Below are positions 9,416 to 13,035 of a DNA stretch of 13,035 nucleotides, one piece after another (the first letter of the stretch is position 1; every line of letters begins with the position of its first letter). The stretch is from positions 21,717,530-21,730,564 of the forward strand of contig CM119269.1 in NCBI GenBank assembly GCA_051294375.1, in the 5' to 3' direction. The notes under the pieces were generated by a model. The model saw nothing but the letters and a program-made list of their open reading frames with translations, was not told the DNA's origin and searched no databases. The DNA comes from Paraspadella gotoi. Taxonomy: Eukaryota; Animalia; Chaetognatha. Both the position numbers and the translations under genes were made by a program.

Positions 9416-9705
9416 GAAGGTTAAGCCAAAGAAATTAGATATGGTACTTGGTTTTATTGTAAGTAAAACCACGATTGTACCCGATGATTTTTTTGACACG
9501 AAAGAAAACTTGACTGATATGTAGGTTGTAACTTGGTAGACAAAGTTCCAGAAATATAATTATTTGCAAATTGATTAAAAATTATTCTGCCTCTACGATT
9601 TTTATGTATATTGTGCAATTTTTTAAGTGCAAACAGTTGTCTCCCGCTGGTGGCTTTTCCTTCTTTTCAGATGTGGTCACTTTCTCTACCTTATAGTCAA
9701 ATTCG

Positions 9706-9939
9706 CGGTCGGTCGTCGTCGGCGGTCGGTCGGTCGGTCGGTCGGTCGGTCGGTCGGTGTCGGTCGGTCGGTCGTCGGTCGGTCGGTCGGTCGGTCGGTC
9801 GGTCGGTCGGTCGTCGGTCGGTCCGGTCGTGGTTTCGTCTTGTCGGTCGGTCGGTCCGGTCGGTCGGTCGGTCGGTCGGTCGGTCGGTCGGTCGGTCGGG
9901 CGGGCGGCGTCGGCGGTCGGTCGGTCGGTCGGTCGGTCG
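9706..9939 (+). repeat. Long imperfect (GGTC/GTCG)n tetranucleotide microsatellite
   Basis: ~230 bp of cggt units with occasional 3-nt slips; explains the SVGR/PTDR ORFs. Confidence 0.97.
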
Positions 9940-10755
9940 CAGAAAAATCAAAAATTAGGTTTTGTGGGTTTTTGGTGGAATAATGACGATTTTTGGGAGA
10001 GTTTTGTGGAGAAGATGGACATCTTCGAAAGAGGGACTCTTTTTTGTAAGCCAATTTCCACCGAGGGCGACAACGATAACGACGACAAAGACGATAACGA
10101 CGACGCCAGGCGCAACTGCTGGGGAACTCCACATCTGCGGATTCCTTTATTATCTTTATTGTGCTACTTCTGATGTTGGCAATTGAGAGAAACCAGAGAA
10201 AAAAAGATAAGAAGGAAAACGAGGAGAAAAGTTGAGTATCAGAAAAACATGAGAAGATGAAATAAAAAAAAACATCGCGAGAAAAAAAAAACATTTTGAG
10301 AATTTTGACTTTTTATTGATTTTTGTTTGGAAAAGATCGAGGAATTTGTCATTTTGTCATTTTGCTATTAGGTTTTGATGACAAAAATATTATTTTATTA
10401 CCAAGGTTTATATTCAAATCTTGAAAACTTATAAAAAGTCAAAAGTCAAAGAAACAGTTGATGGTTGCGGCTTATGAAAAAGATTTCAATGTTTTACTAT
10501 TTTTTTTTAACTTGATATCATTTGCATTTTTAATTAAAAAGAATTAGTTAATCAAATATTCTAGATTCTGAAAAGTAGAAAGACAAAAAAAAAGACAGAT
10601 TAAAAAAATATGATAATTGAAAAAACATGTAAAAAATGAACAGACCGACAGACCAATAAAAGCGATTTATCGAGCCGCTCGCACGGAAAGAGACGACTGA
10701 AGGAAGAAAACCTGCCAATGATATAAGAGAAGCGAAAAAGGGACAGAAAGAAAAT

Positions 10756-10846
10756 AAAAAAAAGGGAAAAAAGGGAAAAAAGGGAAAAAAGGGAAAAAAA
10801 AGGGAAAAAAGGGAAAAAAGGGAAAAAAGGGAAAAAAGGGAAAAAA
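10756..10846 (+). repeat. (GGGAAAAAA)n 9-bp polypurine repeat, 9 GGG tracts
   Basis: GGG at 10764, 10773, 10782, 10791, 10802, 10811, 10820, 10829 and 10838. Confidence 0.95.
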
Positions 10847-11018
10847 TGGAGAAAGAGGCGAAGAACGTGGAGAGAAAATGAGTCCGCAGCTAAAGAACAG
10901 ATAAATGTCACTGAGGAAAAAATCATACAAAGAAATTAAATGTCAACGATTTTTAAGGGAAACGCCCATCAATCAAACGGAATTTTCTAACGATATAATA
11001 TGAAATGAATCCAATTCG

Positions 11019-11240
11019 CTCTTTCTCTCTCTCTCTCTCTCTCTCTCTTCTCACTTTCAGAGAGAGAGAGAGAGAGAGAATCCCATAACATTCCGATTTT
11101 AATTTTCTGCTTTAGAAAAAAAAATATCTTCATTTTTTTTTTCTCTCTCTCTCTCTCTCTCTCGTTATGCGAAGCCTCGAGAGGTTTCCTATTAAATTCC
11201 ATCCAATTCCATTCCTGCATTCTTTACTCGACTGGGTTGC

Positions 11241-11316
<76 letters not shown>
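11019..11316 (+). repeat. Cluster of (CT)n and (GA)n tracts
   Basis: (CT)n 11019-11052, (AG)n 11059-11079, (TC)n 11142-11163, (TC)n 11244-11316. Confidence 0.95.
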
Positions 11317-11319
<3 letters not shown>

Positions 11320-11492
11320 CATCCGTCAAAACGGAGATGAATTTTTCAAATTAAACTGAGAAAAAAACTGACAAACAGGGAATCTTGTCCCAAGTTTATT
11401 GCTTCAAAATCAAAATCGAAATCGGCGCCATTGTCTGTAAAGAGATTCGACGAAACTTTTTGTTTGTTAGCGTGAAGATGTAAGGGTTGGAT

Positions 11493-11621
11493 TTACTTTT
11501 TATCACTCTCACTGTCGTACATTCCCTGATACTTATAATGTCTCTGTGAATTCATGGTTACGAAGTGAAACTCTTTACTTGGAAAGAGAGAATCAAGTTT
11601 TATAATGTTGAAGATTTGCAA
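11493..11621 (-). CDS. Candidate alternative exon C (terminal, or mutually exclusive with exon B)
   Basis: Strong acceptor ttatgtttctcctttttag; 42 open codons in phase 0 (LQIFNIIKLDSLFPSKEFHFVTMNSQRHYKYQGMYDSESDKK*). A possible donor AA|gtaaat lies at 11496 and a minus-strand AATAAA at 11400-11395. No Ig motif is present. Confidence 0.3.
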   Translation of the reverse strand: MQIFNIIKLDSLFPSKEFHFVTMNSQRHYKYQGMYDSESDKK

Positions 11622-11909
11622 CTAAAAAGGAGAAACATAAAATATATAAAAGTACGTAACTTATGAGTACAGTTTGCTAAACTAAAAAAAGAAAAAAATG
11701 GAAATAAAACTCATTGTACTGAGGTGATTTTATAATTCACACTTTTTTTAGAATCCAACAAATTTCGATGTGATAACGAACTAATTAGTTTTTTCACTGG
11801 GTAAACAACCTCACAATCCCTCATAATCACGGATTAATGTTCAACGCAAGTAAATCTATCACCATCCCTCACAACGAACCGCAGCATCATCTTCTCGCAG
11901 TGAACTTAC

Positions 11910-11998
11910 CTCGTGATTTCACAGAAAAAAGTTTGACTTCTCATCTCACGTAAGACGGGACCACGAGGACGACAGACGGGAACGGAAGTCACGATCAC
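11910..11998 (-). CDS. Coding exon B (89 nt, phase 0 to 2): end of Ig1, PxC linker, A/B strands of Ig2
   Basis: Acceptor tttcacag|G and consensus donor GAG|gtaagt. Only phase 0 is open: VIVTSVPVCRPRGPVLREMRSQTFFCEIT(S), with the B-strand Cys in TFFC. Confidence 0.85.
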
Positions 11999-12308
11999 CT
12001 GTGAAATGTGAAGTGTGAAATGTGAAATTTGAAGTCACGATAAGCTGTGAAAAGTGAAAGAGTAAATGTGATTAAATTAAACATTTCTAGCTTCTTTTTT
12101 TGGGAGTTACGAATTTTAATTTTAACTAAAAGGACACAGAATCACAATACGATGTAAGGACAAAACAAAGATCACTAATTGAACTTTACAAACGAAACAA
12201 AAAAGCATTGAGATCCGTTTCATCAAATCCATTTATATTGACTTGTTTTGAATAAGTGTTCAACGTGTATATATCGTTTATTATTATTATTTATTATTAT
12301 TTTTTTAC

Positions 12309-12367
12309 CTGTGCCAATGTGGGATCTTTTGTGATGCACTTGTACGCTCCAGCGTCATCGAACGAAA
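12309..12367 (-). CDS. Coding exon A (59 nt, phase 1 to 0) of an Ig-superfamily gene; F strand of Ig domain 1
   Basis: Minus strand: acceptor attttctatttag, donor CAG|gtaaaa. Translation xSFDDAGAYKCITKDPTLAQ contains the canonical Ig D-x-G-x-Y-x-C motif, and this frame joins exon B without stops. Confidence 0.85.
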
Positions 12368-12650
12368 CTAAATAGAAAATATTAAAACTAAATTATATTT
12401 CGTTTAAAAGTGAAAAACAGTATTAAACAGAGTTTAAATTTATTCAATTTTTATCTACGTATTTCGAGATATCATTTTCCACACGGAAAACAATAAATTT
12501 TCTTTCGCCAAACCCGTTAGATAACTTAATAATATTGTTAAAGAGTTTATAATGATTTTTATCTGAATTGAGCCCTGACCTTTTATTTTTAATGGCTCAA
12601 ATGTCTGAGTTTAAGGTTTAATTGAATGACTTCAATAGTTTTGTTTAAAG

Positions 12651-12901
12651 CCTCTAATTGGTTGAATTTTATACATTGAATTTGAATATCTGGTCTCTCA
12701 TTGGTTAATAATAACTAGTAGATGTTTTGATTTTATTCTCAAAATGTGAACTCTCCTCTCATTGGTTGTTATAATTTTGTCCTTGCATATAAAAGGAGAG
12801 TAAATTGTTAATCTTTGGGAGATTCTTCTGAGACCATCAGGTATTAAATGATATTTGTGAAATTACTTGAATATGTTAATTAATTTTAAGCTTTTATGTA
12901 G
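12651..12901 (+). promoter_or_regulatory. Putative Pol II promoter (3 inverted CCAAT boxes plus TATA) with a short first exon and a 61-nt intron; possibly an LTR
   Basis: ATTGG at 12657, 12700 and 12761 in a repeated ctct(c/a)attggtt context; TATAAAAG 12788-12795; CAG|gtatta donor at 12840/12841; ttttatgtag acceptor ending at 12901. Confidence 0.5.
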
Positions 12902-12909
12902 CTTTGAGC

Positions 12910-12970
12910 TGTTGCTGCGTCTCGGTTCGACTGCTATTGTTGCTGCGTATCGGCTCTACTGCTGTTGCGG
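12910..12970 (+). repeat. ~25-28 bp tandem duplication (tgttgctgcgt.tcgg.tc.actgc)
   Basis: Units start at 12910 and 12938, with a partial unit at 12963. Confidence 0.85.
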
Positions 12971-13035
12971 AATTTTGGCTATCAGTCATTCTGATGCACG
13001 TCTCCCAATGATTATTGGATATTGAATACTTAATA

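Noticed and set aside
174-11220. All ORFs in the supplied six-frame track
   Set aside because: They are translations of microsatellites (SVGR, TRQDK, SL, FP, poly-R/T/S), antisense shadows of real exons (938-1147) or short AT-rich ORFs without recognisable motifs.
11780-11909. In-frame continuation after exon B (VRDGDRFTCV resembles an Ig F strand)
   Set aside because: Bounded by stop codons, lacks an acceptor and follows a perfect gtaagt donor; treated as chance.
12440-12570. Minus-strand open stretch as the exon upstream of exon A
   Set aside because: No convincing phase-1 donor and no Ig E-strand (LxI) pattern; the upstream exon probably lies beyond the window.

Overview
AT-rich eukaryotic (invertebrate animal-like) genomic DNA, dense in microsatellites and with no evident CpG depletion. 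None of the supplied ORFs looks like a real gene. The main content is a spliced minus-strand gene fragment that the ORF track missed: four GT-AG-bounded exons (12309-12367, 11910-11998, 6506-6595, 937-1117) join in frame to give xSFDDAGAYKCITKDPTLAQVIVTSVPVCRPRGPVLREMRSQTFFCEITSFGGKRPKLVWKLNDEEVKTSLTHQANRTISNLQYLNPRTADSLGLLMSESVTMSRNLVTSCGYPSLNVSFAPKLLCDSEQVVDENSRDFK. This reads as the end of one immunoglobulin domain, a complete second one and the start of a third, i.e. an Ig-superfamily cell-surface or secreted protein whose ortholog I do not recognise. The introns contain two DINE-1/HINE-like non-autonomous Helentron elements, decayed inverted-repeat elements, many simple repeats (including a ~385-nt microsatellite-built foldback), duplicated splice sites, candidate alternative exons and an antisense CCAAT/TATA promoter that may be an LTR. 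There are no prokaryotic features, CRISPR arrays or recognisable RNA genes. All calls were made by eye and need RNA-seq or homology confirmation.
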